Part shown: piece by piece, positions 27,701-39,600 of the stretch | Layout of the letters: the number at the start of each line of letters is the position of its first letter | Position numbering within the stretch: the first letter of the stretch is position 1 | Assembly: GCA_964304625.1 (NCBI GenBank) | Contig: OZ199838.1 | Coordinates: forward strand, 8,329,550-8,393,549 | Source of the DNA: Kudoa neothunni | Taxonomy: Eukaryota > Animalia > Cnidaria | DNA length: 64,000 nucleotides | Reading direction: 5' to 3' | Notes under the pieces: model-generated | The model's database searches: none | Told to the model about the DNA's origin: nothing | The model's input: only the letters and a program-made list of their open reading frames with translations | Made by a program: the position numbers and the translations under genes

Positions 27701-30700
27701 TCAATTATAAATACACGAATATATGGGACAAACTAAAAAAATATTTGTAGACAAACGTTAATTTAATTATAAAATAGAATCCTAGTTCATTTTCTAATTA
27801 TACATAAAGGAAATAGTTTCCAAATAATACGTTTCGTATTATTTCTCATAATCAAAAAATGTCTTGAATTTTTTCCATTTTCAGAACATGTTTTTCGGAT
27901 AAAATAGACTTTGGATTGCACATGCGATATTGAATATCTTGTTCGGTATTACTCTGAGCTTATTTTAATACCTCCATAAATGTCTGCAAGCCAGCATGGT
28001 TCTGATCGAATCGGTTACGAAAATGACAGTTGAATGCTTCTGCTGAATTTGAGGTATGGTTTATTCCCTCAATAACGCGATCGAAAGCATTCCAATTTTC
28101 TGTTGAAAATCTTGAACAATTTGTAAAAATGTTTTTGAAATAAGTTATAAACGATGCTAAATTGACATCAACGAACTTGTTTCTTATATTTTTCAATTTG
28201 GTAAACTAATAGCGGACGAAATCTAATGGAACAAAGGCTAGAGACAAGGAACATTTGATTTACATTTTGAAATCAGCGTTTATTTCATATACTTTAGAAA
28301 ATCCTTCTTATTGCATTCGTCTCCAAATACATTGTCCAAAAGGGAAACGGCAAAATTTTATGGGTGTTTCTTTTGATGCTTTTTTAAAAGCATCAAATAC
28401 TTGAAACTCAAACTCTATTATCCAAAATTTGGGAAACTTCACTCTCTTAATCTTGAGAATGGACAAAACTTTGGTATACATTGCTTCGGTTCTATTTACC
28501 ATTAATAAATAGATGAGTGGAAAATCCTTGCCAAATGTCCTCCATTGAATCATGTATAACTGTGAGAACTCTCTTGGCACCGCTTTGAGCGTTCCATTCG
28601 ATATCCAGACTTCTGAATTATTCAAGTGTACAAGGTTTTGGGGAGTAGACAAAATTAGGGCATGTTAAGTATCCTTGGAACCGGAGTTGTATAGCATTAA
28701 ATCTTCATTTCTGAATGATTTGATATTTAAGTCGTATAAATTGGACTCGTAGTTGACCTAGATGGAGCCCCTTATTCTAGAATTTTGAATATTTTTATAG
28801 ATTGAATTCTTTGAAATAATCGTGAGATCATAAAGATTGATAGATTTTGTAGCCATAGAATAAACTTTATTAGGTGGATATTTTGTACTTTCAGCCAAAT
28901 CCTTTATTTTTTGATTAAGAGTAATTTTTTTAATTTCATTATCGGATAGAGAGTGATTATGGATTCCTCTTTCTTCAATTCTCAAGGTAATATCCAATGG
29001 AGAAGTGCTATGCCTTCCTTTACATGTTCTGTATTGACATCTCCAATATTGACTGTTACCATTAGAACAATCCTTCACATAATAAAATCTATTGAACACG
29101 AGTTTACCTCATTTCTTATGGGTTTAAATAGCAAATAATTTGGTTTATTAGAATTAGATTTACTAGACATGTTGAGTCTTTGTTAGGGGGCATGCGCCAA
29201 ACAATACTAACATGTGTAATCGTCGACGCGCGTTGTGCGCACGCGTGTGGAGAGGTGCCGACGAAAATAAACTTAGGAATACGAATTACATTAGGAACAA
29301 AATTTGCGACATCGCCGAAATTTAAACATGAAAATCCAGCCAAAGTATGTTTGGGGCAGTAAAGGATTTCTTAATTGCAGTCGATTGAAGTAAAAACCTT
29401 CATTTTAAATCTTCTAATAGGAAATAAATATAAAAGCTTATCGACTAGAAAAAGAAAGGGTAACATAACGAAATTAAGACAAAATGAACGTGTCACTTTA
29501 GGAAGAAATTTTTGATAGAAAAACGCGAAAATTAAAGAAACCTTAATTCTCGAGCATAAGCATTTTATACCTTCGTTTTACAAGCGCATGTAATTTAATA
29601 ATTCAATAAAAATATCCCTATAGCCTCCAGATGATAATATAAAATTGTACAAATCATCAAGATGCAGGCAAAAAATATATTATAAGAAAAAACTTAAAGT
29701 ACAAAGAAATCTATTATGCTCGTTAAAACGCGCGCACAAGTTAGCATACTACGAAGTGCATGTGTTTTATCAACGCCACCTTAGCCGCGCAACCAAAAAA
29801 TATGATTCGCTATTCTACAATATTTTCATTTTTGAATTATAACTATTACATAAAAGAAAACTAAAATATTTATAGAAACAGAATTTATTTATACGTTGAG
29901 ACGAATTACTGCACAATATTTTCCATTTCAAAGCATCGCGTGTCATGCGCATGACATTAAATTAATCCAATTAAAATTGAATAGGTGACCTTGGGCTCCA
30001 CGAGCCCATCTGAGTAGTAAATTGAGCATAATTAATTCAAAAAATGTTTTTTTTCATTTCAGTTGTTAAAATATTATTTTACATTTAGTTGTAGATTTTC
30101 AATGAATTCGAAATTTTTTATTTAACCGATGTTCACCAAAAAAGGATTATGACAATAGCAATATGCTTTATTTTATTTAAAAGTTAACCTCACAATTGCG
30201 CAATATGTGTATCAGTGTCATGTTTGAATTTCTCAAATCAATTATCTACCGACAACATTGTTTAGTGGATTTATTCGTTTCTTAGATTGTAAGCCACCAG
30301 AAATGAAGAGCTGAAGACCAACAAAATCGGATGTCAACCTGACATCAAGCGTTCTCTTGAAGCAGTTAGGTTTAAATTCAACAAGAATAATTCGTCATTT
30401 ACGGAAAATAACATAAATGATCGGAAACGATGTAGTTTATGTCCTGCATGTATCATAAGGCGGGACAAATAAGTATGCCATGTGTGTAACAATAGTATAT
30501 GTAACGAACATTCAATAAAAAAATTACCTGTTTGAGTGTCCCCCAAAATAAATTATTTATTGTATATCATACATTTTTTATCACGCAAATAACGTATTAA
30601 AGGAAGCAAATACAGCTTAAAATATAATGAATAAAGGATAGAAATTAATAAGGGTGGCCTCGTCGAGCCCAAGGTCACCTAAATTGGGAGCGCCAGAAGA

Positions 30701-32507
30701 TCACTTATTAAGGGTTAAACACATCAACCACACGATAAAGCTTAATAATGACCCGACAAATTCCGTAACAATTATTTATTATTTATTTAATAGAGAAAAA
30801 AATCAATAGATCAGTATATTGATATGCAACTAAAATTAAAAAAATTAATTATTCAGCTGACTTAAACAAACCTTATATTAAAATTGAAAGGGAATTACTG
30901 TAGGTTGAAATTTCGATAAGATACACTTCACAACAGTATGCATCCATTCACCAATGTATTTCTAAGTAGAGAACAATATAAAACGTTGTAATAGAATAAC
31001 TCAAAAATTGACTATTACATTTGAGTAGTACAATTGGAAGGTGGTGAGAAAGTGTATGGTGGCGTCAAAAGCCCCAAGGCAAATGGAATTTTCCAAAATT
31101 GCAATAAGATGATGTTTATCCATCGCGGCATTGGTTAAACTGGGTTGGAGAAGTTCGGTGCACGAAATTACCGAAAATAAAGCTAAAGATGCAAGTTCTT
31201 TCCGAATTATATTGTAGATATCGCGCTCCAGCACAAACTTTTGTAAAAATTGGTTCACTTGATATGCCAACTGCATGTCCACAACTTCACCTAGAAAATC
31301 CATTTTAGCCATCATAGCTCAAAAAACACATCTATGCCTTTTATAAAATTGAATGAAGCTATCGACATCACCAACGATGAATACAATCCAGATGTAAAAT
31401 GATCCATCGGATTTCTAATGCACATGTAATCATCACTGTGGCAACTGTTAGCTGTGGATTTTTTTATTCGTTCTTTCCAAGCTTGATAGAGTTGAAGACC
31501 GAATTCGAATGATTCAAACGAAAATTTAGACTAAATCAATAACTTCAACATGTATAAAACGTAAATATGAATACAATGGGAGCTAGCAGATTCAATATAC
31601 GAACAAATGATTTTTGTTCATTGTACATAAGCATTAAAACTTTGGATTTCCATAATTCGAGAGCTTTTGGGCACTGAAAAAAAGGTCCAATATCATTTGA
31701 TAAAATATCTTGACTAATTTGTTTGGGTTTATTGTCAGCATTCATTAGGCCATTAACGTAATGTTGAATGAGTGAAAAAATAGCATGATATTTTGCCTCA
31801 TAATTGATCATATTTTCAAAAAAGCTTTTTTTCAATCCCTTCTCCTTGAGTATTTTAATGGGTGCGAAACGAAACAATTCAAAAAATGCTGACACTAATG
31901 TCAGTTTGTCGTTCAATCCAGGATCTGTGGACGAATTTTTTTTCGATGATATCGACCGCTGAAGACTTTCAATCATGTCATTATCAATATCAAAACTTAG
32001 AATAAGTTCACACGTCTGATAGTAGACAATAACGAATTCAAGGTACGAACAGAGCACTATACTAAGCTGAGGATGGAATGGATATTCTTCTTGGCATTCC
32101 GTCGATAGTAACGTCAACTCAATCGCGAATTCTTCGCCCAAATTTAATAGCTTTGCGAAACTTCTAGCACATTGTTTCATATCGAAACCCAGTTGTTGAT
32201 TCGATTCAATCAAACCCTCAGATGAAACACCACCTGAGCTAGTGTTGTAGAAAATTAAATTGTTAAGAAATTCACTAAACGTCGACGAAATAGTCTTGAG
32301 ATTATATTCCAAATTGATTTTGGATATATATTGAGAAATAGGAGTGGGATCGCCATCAATAGCATATTGCCTTAGGAAAGAATCGATATCACTTAGAATA
32401 ACATGTAGTATTCTAATCTGCAAACATTTTCCTTCATTACGAAGTTAAAAAAATTTAAAAATAATAAAAGTACCCTTAAGAATTTGTCCACTGGATACTT
32501 CCGCCAT
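15749..32507 (-). CDS. NUP205: Nuclear pore complex protein Nup205 (Nup192 family), multi-exon
   Basis: Hand-spliced exons: 32507-32474, 32431-31575, 31530-31338, 31290-31019, 30961-30899, 24209-24117, 24074-23982, 20774-16532, then 16478 onward through small exons to a stop at 15751-15749. All checked phases are compatible. The ~2000-aa alpha-helical product has segments resembling Nup205 as recalled from memory (LSEFIV...VLNRL, GVGLLTYLV, LERSLYLIYIHLTFFL). Confidence 0.75.
21964..23750 (+). mobile_element. Mutator-like element (MULE), decayed, inside a NUP205 intron
   Basis: ~115-bp TIRs starting GGC; 9-bp TSD attttaaat/atttaaaat. Remnants LEVGDAFPSF (N-terminus) and SWIM finger CTCCFYISIKIPCRH near 22650-22700. 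Confidence 0.85.
25132..27640 (+). mobile_element. Internally deleted piggyBac element inside a NUP205 intron
   Basis: TTAA at both ends (25128-31, 27641-44); matching decayed TIRs and GGGGTCTATTAGACCCC subterminal palindromes. Remnants KKPGSINYYNK...IDTID...RW...LLNAF and a Cys-rich tail. Confidence 0.8.
26973..27613. mobile_element. pogo/Tigger-type MITE nested in the piggyBac right end
   Basis: TA followed by CAGTAGTTAACCGATTTTTCG; degenerate inverse cgaaacatcggttaccta at ~27595-27611. Related to the TIRs at 59064 and 62993. Confidence 0.6.
27650..29350 (-). mobile_element. FLYWCH-MULE transposase pseudogene (boundaries approximate)
   Basis: ORFs 28758-29099 (YWRCQYRTCKGR...HNH, FLYWCH), 28308-28652 (decayed DGTFK..P..F.QLY and CxFHF.Q) and 27960-28196 (WN...TSNSAEAFN). 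Confidence 0.85.
29975..30714 (+). mobile_element. piggyBac-derived MITE
   Basis: TTAA flanks; AGGTGACCTTGGGCTC inverted repeats; remnant Cys-rich C-terminus CSLC...CHVCNNSICNEH. Confidence 0.7.
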
Positions 32508-32605
32508 TATGATGCGCACGGTTTGTGATAGACGAATACTGTACGAGTCACGGCGATTTGAGGTCAAAAACACCGGATCATTTTTTGCCACTAGAGAATA
32601 TAAAA

Positions 32606-33631
32606 ATGGAGTCAGATATCAAAGTTAAACTTTTACAATATGTTTCAATCAACTGCGTTTGTTATGAGGAAATGCTGTTGAGTTATTACCATAGTATAGC
32701 CGGAGGTTTATTCAAATATTTTACTGTTATTTTTTACGTCATTTTGTAGAGGAAAATAAATCAATTAATGCAAAAGAAATTATAAAGGAACTTAACGAAG
32801 TTGTTTTGGATTTGAATTTAACGATAAAACGATGCCGATCTGAAGTCGATGGATCGTGGTATTATGGAATTGTAAGATGATTTTTTTAACCGTGTTTGCT
32901 CATTATATGCTATTTTTATGTAGGTTAATGAATATCCAGCCGAGTCTACTATAACAAATTTACACTTATCACCACAGAGTTTACGAATATTTTTTTGTGT
33001 TGTATGTGGTTGTGATTGAATGGTTTGGTTGCGAATAAGTAATATTAGTTGAAACTTATGGTTCAATCTGATGGATATCTAAAAAATTCATCTTTAAAGG
33101 AACACAACGCTCCAGAAATTAAAGATTGTTCCAATGAAAATTTCCAGGTATATTACATAGATTATTTATGTCATATGTTTTTGTGTGAACTTAATTTATA
33201 TTTTAGTATTGTCTGAATGAGCTGGTTTTGTACAGCTATTTAAAGCCCGTAATTTGTTTATATAACAGGATTTATTTATGCTTTTATTGTTGATGGATAG
33301 TATGAAGATGGTTATACGTTGGGCGATAAAGCACTGCTAGATTTAAAATCCACATTAAATCAAATATTTCCAGAAAATATTTACATGTGTGAATTGTGTA
33401 AAGATATTGTCATATTGGTAATCTCCTTTTTTCAATTTATGGTAATGCGCTCTTAGAACGTTAAATGTACACAGTGTGATAAGAGAATGCACAAACATTG
33501 TTGTGAGCGTATAAACAAAACGTATATAATATGTAAATATTTTCCGCGTTAACCTTTACTTATTTAGTGGTAATTCCTTTTGTTCCCTTTGTATCGGAAG
33601 TGAAATCAAGATTGAAGGCGTGAATAATTAA
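32606..33631 (+). CDS. NSMCE1: SMC5/6 complex subunit Nse1 (winged helix plus RING-like E3 ligase), 8 exons
   Basis: Splicing seven 39-59 nt GT-AG introns gives ~230 aa: IKELNEVVLDLNLTIKRCRSEVDGSWYYGIVN...YTLGDKALLDL...CELCKDIV..NVKCTQCDKRMHKHC...CSLC. Confidence 0.85.
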
Positions 33632-33922
33632 ATTTCTCGTCTAAATTAATTCTTTAAAATACTCTCATGTGTAAATATCACAGGATGACTTTTTCTTTTA
33701 AGACGATTTAGTGTTTTTTCATTTGTTAAGTGTTTTTTTATGGTGATACGTTTGAGAACTATTTTAAGGTTAAGAATTGTTAATACTTATTTGAGAAGCT
33801 TCTTCGGCAAAAAATAACTTCTAGCGCGACAAATTTTGTAGTGTAATACTATCTATGAATGAATTGGTTTGATAAATTTTTAAAAAATAGTTCATCTTTT
33901 TAGTGAGTACTTTTCTCTAGTA

Positions 33923-35340
33923 CAGTGATTCTCAACTGTGGGAGATAAAGTGACATCAGAATTGGATAGGGGGAATTTTTGCATTATATGGTTTGGGACG
34001 TACTTAAGGATATCTAAGAAATCATATTATTCAATGCTGTTAAACTCAATAAGAATTTGGCAGAAATGGTTCAAATGTTTTTAGTAATATGTATTAAAAA
34101 TTATTTATGGAGTTACTATATGCCTTTTACGTTTATAGAGCTATTATCGGTCTCTTTCTTTGACGCCTCTTTTAGCGATGTAATCTAATAATAATACTTC
34201 AAATTGCTATCTGCGTGATAAACAATATTTAAGCGTCATTAGTCTTGACTATTTTTAATTATTTCTGACCCCTAGGAGGGAAGGAAGGTCAGAAATAATT
34301 TAATGTAGAAGAACCTATTAAAATTAAATCTGCAGACAGCTTGTGGGTAGGGCGTCCAAACCTTGGGTTTTTTGGTTATTTACAAAACTTGTAGATTATT
34401 GAATTCTTCGAGATCAATTTATAAATAATAACTTTTAGAATTAGATATAATAATTATATTTATTGTTTTATTAATGGTGGGAATTAAAATTATTCGAAAT
34501 TTTGAAATACCACGATCGTCGGCAACGCGCTGTCTACCGACCCTTGGATAATTGTTATTTAATCAATTATTCTTATGATTCTATGATTGTATCTTGGTAT
34601 TTCAACACTGTCATAAAATGTTCTAGTTTTTTTTAATAACATATTTTGGAGTTATTAACATACATTATTTTAAAGTATGCGTGAAATTTCAAACGGAGAT
34701 CAAAAAAAGCGTTGGATAATATTTGCTCCGATCAAGATTCTAAGTACAGAACTTCCAGCTACCGCGAATATTGAACGAATTTTTGTATTAATGAACACAG
34801 TAAAAACTAAATAAACCAACTCATTAAAGGCTGAAACTGTAAAATGTAAACTTCTCGCAAAGCAGTTGATCAGAAGAAATAATAATACGTGTTTGGCGCC
34901 ACATCCAAAGAATAAACTAATACATGATGTGAGCCAACGATACCCTGAGCGCTTAAAAAATAGATCAAGCTTCTTAACTGAGGGTTGTGAAGATGATTAA
35001 GACGATTCAATTGACGACAGTAATTAGAAAACGCGTTTAAAATAAAAATTCTTGTTATTTTAATAATACTATTATGTTTTCTTTGCGACCTTGGGTTTTT
35101 TCTGATAGTCTCATTGGACGCCCTGTTTGTGAGTTAGAGTTGATAGGATTAAAAACTGTCATTACACAAGCGTAAGTGCCTTTTTAGGATTAGAATTTAT
35201 CATGTAAATATTTTCTGCCTTAGCAAAACCAGTATTAAACCTTAAAGTAGATATGAATTTGGCTTCCAAATTAAAGGGGTAACTTTATATTGTTCACCAG
35301 GTTGAGGGGGTAAATTTGACAAAATGGTTAACAACCCCTG
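33923..35340. mobile_element. hAT-Charlie-like non-autonomous element
   Basis: TIRs CAGTGATTCTCAAC / CAGGGGTTGTTAAC; TSD ctctagta/ctctagat (Charlie-type nTCTAGAn target). Confidence 0.7.
34348..35125 (+). mobile_element. hAT deletion derivative nested in the Charlie-like element
   Basis: TIR (T/C)AGGGCGTCCAA; TSD cttgtggg/tttgtgag. Dimerization-domain remnant ANIERIFVLMNTVKTK..NSLKAET. Confidence 0.75.
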
Positions 35341-36643
35341 CTCTAGATAATTTAAAAATGTTTGGTTAAAATATATTACTCACTTGTTTGTGGATAGTAG
35401 GTAGAATACAATGCATTCTTAACTGTAAGAAATATATTAAGATTATGTCTTAATACGTTCTGGTGCCATATGACCCCAAACACTCGAAGAATAAATGAGG
35501 AATGATATTTTATTCATTATTAGCAAACATTATGTATAAAATATATATTTATTCAAAATAATATGATTGTTGTGGTTAATAATTTTTTATCACATGATAA
35601 CTAAATAAAATAATGACCAAATGTCTAAAAAATTGTTGTAGGATTTATAATTCATTGAAATGTCAGAATAACGGGATAAGCTCTGATCATTTCATTTCAT
35701 TAAGAAATGTTTTTTTAATTAAACGACAATTAAATCCTAATATATCCATTAGGGAATGTATTAGTCCAGAAATTTCCAAACTATAGTTATTTTAGATACA
35801 AATATTTTTTAAATTAGAAAAAAATACAATGTAGCTCTAATTGGATAAATTATTCAAAAGATAAATTTATCTGGAAAAATTCTTTATTCGCGTAAATTAA
35901 AGAAGCATGATATTAATATAAGTAATTATTTATTGAAATCCACTTTCAAAAATTTGTGTAAGAGTTTAACTCGCTAAATCAATATATTCAGGCACGAAAA
36001 TAAACACAATTACTCTATGGTTCCGCAATGGCGCGAGAGATGTTATAATCAAAAAATATACATAGGGTCCCAGAGTAGGTAATGATAATACATTATCGCA
36101 GTATTAAATTTACCTTTGTGTATGATCGTATTGATTGTTTAGCATAAATAGACAATAGATTATGAGTTTATTATAAATGGTAATTGTTGTATCCTCGCAA
36201 AAAGCCAAAGAAACACTAATTGAGTTGAAATGAGCACGAGAGAGACAATTGGTAAATACTAACAAATATTTAAATAGGGTGAGGGGGTCTAAATTCCGAT
36301 GTTGTCCAGGTCTTCATTTCGACATTTTGCATCGCCGCTTTTGATGTTATAACGGTTTCTAATATTACCAATACTGAGAGGTGTATTGGCCCCAAGTTTT
36401 TTTACCAAGTCGTAGGTACAACGCTATTGGTGTTATTCATGGGGAAACCGAGACTAAATACTATTTGAACAGAGGAGGAAATCGTTTTCAATTCTCACCT
36501 CTACGGTCGCCCTGGGGATTCCGTTTTCGCGCCAAGTCGCGGAAGGTCAGAGACCCAACAGTAATCAATGGAAATCGAAAAGAATACTATGCCAAGAAGA
36601 AACGATCCAATAATAAAAATCTATTAAAGCAAAAGATCGCTTA

Positions 36644-36678
36644 GATTCTTCCGGGGATCGAACCCAGGGCCGCAAGTG
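36644..36678 (-). pseudogene. 3' half of tRNA-Val (positions 38-72) at the retrotransposon 3' junction
   Basis: Minus strand CACTTGCGGCCCTGGGTTCGATCCCCGGAAGAATC; 30/35 identical to 41242-41208; no CCA follows. Confidence 0.85.
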
Positions 36679-39600
36679 AAAAAATAATCGATAATAAACT
36701 AGTTTTTATATCTAACTAAAGTTATTTTTGATGAATAATACGGATGACGCGTCGATTGATTGATGGTGCGGTGTTCATGGATAAACCACTTGCATTGAAG
36801 GAGTCATATGCCTTTTCCAGGAAGCATATGATGCCTCCAATGCCGTGGTTGTGATGGAATATTTCAGTTGCTTCATTGGTTTGATCCCTTTGACGCCCAG
36901 TTGTCGGAGGATGGGATCGTTGTCGGGGTGATGCGTTCCTAGGGAGCCAAAAACCAATGCACAGAGTTCAACCTGGTAACCCAAATTTTCTAAGAGCGAT
37001 TCCTCTCGCAAATATTTTCTAGCTTTGCAATCTCGTACCCTGTTCATTGCTCCATGCCCTAACTCAAAGCAGACGGTCGTTTCTACCATGAGCATCTTTC
37101 TTTCCGCCTCGTTGATAGCAAGTATGTTGGGACGACGGTTTGAAGCTATCTGTGGGATTTGATGGTTGTAACGAAACTCCCAATTTTTATTCTTCCGAAT
37201 CTTTTCAACGACGAGCTTCAGGATTTTGTCATGACGTGAAGTTTGTAGCAATGGGGAATGATTTCAACCGTTGAGCAGGTGACGCAACTTTTCGATCTCG
37301 CAGTTGCAATGACGGCAACATTGGTCAGCGGCACGTTTAGATTTAAAAAGAATTGCTTTGGTTGGAAGAAAGTTAATGCGGTCAAGAATACCGAAGCTGT
37401 ATGTGTCTAAATCAATATTTCCGGTTCGTATCCAGGAATTCGCATGTTTATCATCCACAAAGCATCGGAGGGAGCAACCTTGATCAAACTTTTGGAACCA
37501 AGAGAGTAATCTTGATATTTGAATGTTCCATCTAAGTCGTTGGATTCTGATGACACGGTTGCTTTGCATATCGTCGAAAAGGCTGGTGGAGAAAATATCG
37601 GTTGGTTCCATCAAGCTTGAGGGGTCCAAATCAATACTTTCCGGGTCATCTTCATCTTTTTGGAGAAGTTGGATTTTGAGGGCTTTCCCGTTGGTTCTGA
37701 TAGAGGAGATTAAGCTCTTGATGTCCCTTGTAGGTCCCTGTTCTTTGTCCAGGTTCAAATAGCTTACCGGGTCGAGTGGTTGGAGTTGTGTTCTCTTGAC
37801 GGTGACTTGCATAAGGTTTTCTCTTGAAATCTTCTTGATTCTTTCATCTTTCGGGTGGAGGATATTTAGACCAGATAAAAGTCTTAAAGGGTGGTAATCC
37901 TCACGAAGTGATCGAATTCCGAGCTCGCCTTGGGATGCTGACACGGAACATTCCTTAGTTGGAGAATCTTGGCATTCGCAACCACGAGCGTATGTGTTTA
38001 ACACTTGAGCGTCAATCTTCTTCAAATCCTCCATCCGTAAAAAGTCGGATTTCATGGCGTAATAGAGGGTGGGAAATAGATACATTCTAAGCAGCTCCAA
38101 TTTCATGAAGCTAAAGAGAGGTGATTGGGAAATGTTGTCGAGATTTGAGAGGAAATCGTCGAAGCATTTTGGGAGATTCTTAAAAGACCCCAGGTTGGAT
38201 GTGATGCTGAGGTATTTGTAAAAATCTTTCAACACAGGGATTTCGATTTTCGACATTTCGAACTTGGGAATGTATCGATCATTGATAATCTTCGCATTGT
38301 TCTTGTAGATGAGGGTTAGGGGCGCACATTTGGAGTGGTTAATGGAAAGGTGATTTTGTTGGTAAATTCTTCAAATTTTAACATAATATCGTCCATGTGA
38401 TATTTAGAACTTGACATGAAAACAATATCATCTGCATAAGCAAGAGCAGAGATACTGGAATTGTTGAAAGAATAGCCAAGGTTGGAGTGATCGAGCTCAA
38501 CAAGGAAGGGATTGATGACGGAGTTGAAGAGTAACGGCGAGAGCGGGAAGCCCTGACGTACACCACATCCATTCGAACATAGTGTAGCGGAGTTATCAGC
38601 TCGGTCAGTCACATTATTGTAGCTGTTGGCACACAGATTCTTCAGGAGAATGGGTATATTGGAAGAAACGTTATAGTTAGCGAGTTGTAGGTAGATAAGG
38701 TTGTGCGGGACCGAATCAAAAGCTTTTGTGATATCGATCCATATCACGTAAAGGGATTTTCTTCGTCGTCTTGTGTCGTCTATTTCTTCCTGAAGGATGA
38801 ATGATTGCTCCATGCAACCATCACCTTGAGTGAAGCCTTTTTGGGACAGAGAAAGTTTTATTAAACCTGCCAATTTTCTGCACATTATGGACATAAATAT
38901 CCTATAGACCGTTTGGGTAACTGATATTGGACGCTACTGTTTTGGATCTTTGGTGTTTGGATTTTCTGACTTGGAATCATGACGAGTCTTGATTCTAACC
39001 ATTCAGAAGGGATAGATTCATGTTGCTGAATCGAGTTGAAGAGAGGGATCAAAATAAATTCTAGATTCGGTACACGTTTCCAGAATGTCATTTGAATCCC
39101 ATCAGTACCTGGTGAAGTATCTTTGTTGGCTCTATCAAGAGCTAGTCGGACGTCTTCAGGAGGAAAGTAGAAATCGGAATAGCCATCCGCAGGACGGTAC
39201 GTGACATCATTAAGTTGGCTTGGTTGAGTAGAGACGGTTTCAATTGTGATGGTTGTAGTTGGTTCTTCAATATCAGTTGGAAATTGTTGTGGTTGAGTGG
39301 TTATCACTGGAGGCGACGCCGGGGAAGGGAAAGGGCAAGGGCTGAGACGATTTCATCTGGAGTAGCTTCGCATCATTTCGTAATGTGTTCCGTTACTTAG
39401 AAGCATCGTTTCATATTTTTCCTGTATAGGATACGGAGGCGGCGAGTTTTGTTCTTCTCTTCCTCTTGTGGTAAAGGCGGTAAAGGGCGTGGATTAGGAA
39501 TTGGTGGTGGAGCAATTTCGGTTTGTTGATTAACTCGGGGCTGAAACAACATACCGAGGGATTTGGCCTTCTCTTTAACACATTTGACGAGTTCACCATA

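Noticed and set aside
34257-34300. Perfect 14-bp inverted repeat AATTATTTCTGACC/GGTCAGAAATAATT
   Set aside because: Lies inside a Charlie-like element where internal palindromes are common; no sign of independent function.
36480-36560. HDV-like ribozyme or RNase P RNA call
   Set aside because: L3 is two nt too short with no P1 partner, and it is on the wrong strand and end for the retroelement. The RNase P CR-I-like motif lacks a downstream CR-V partner. Kept only as an unexplained island.
36585-36610. U2 or U3 snRNA fragment (GGATCGTTTCT, minus) as a Utopia-like target
   Set aside because: Only ~9-11 nt resemble them; neither the U2 stem/branch sequence nor U3 box A' is present.
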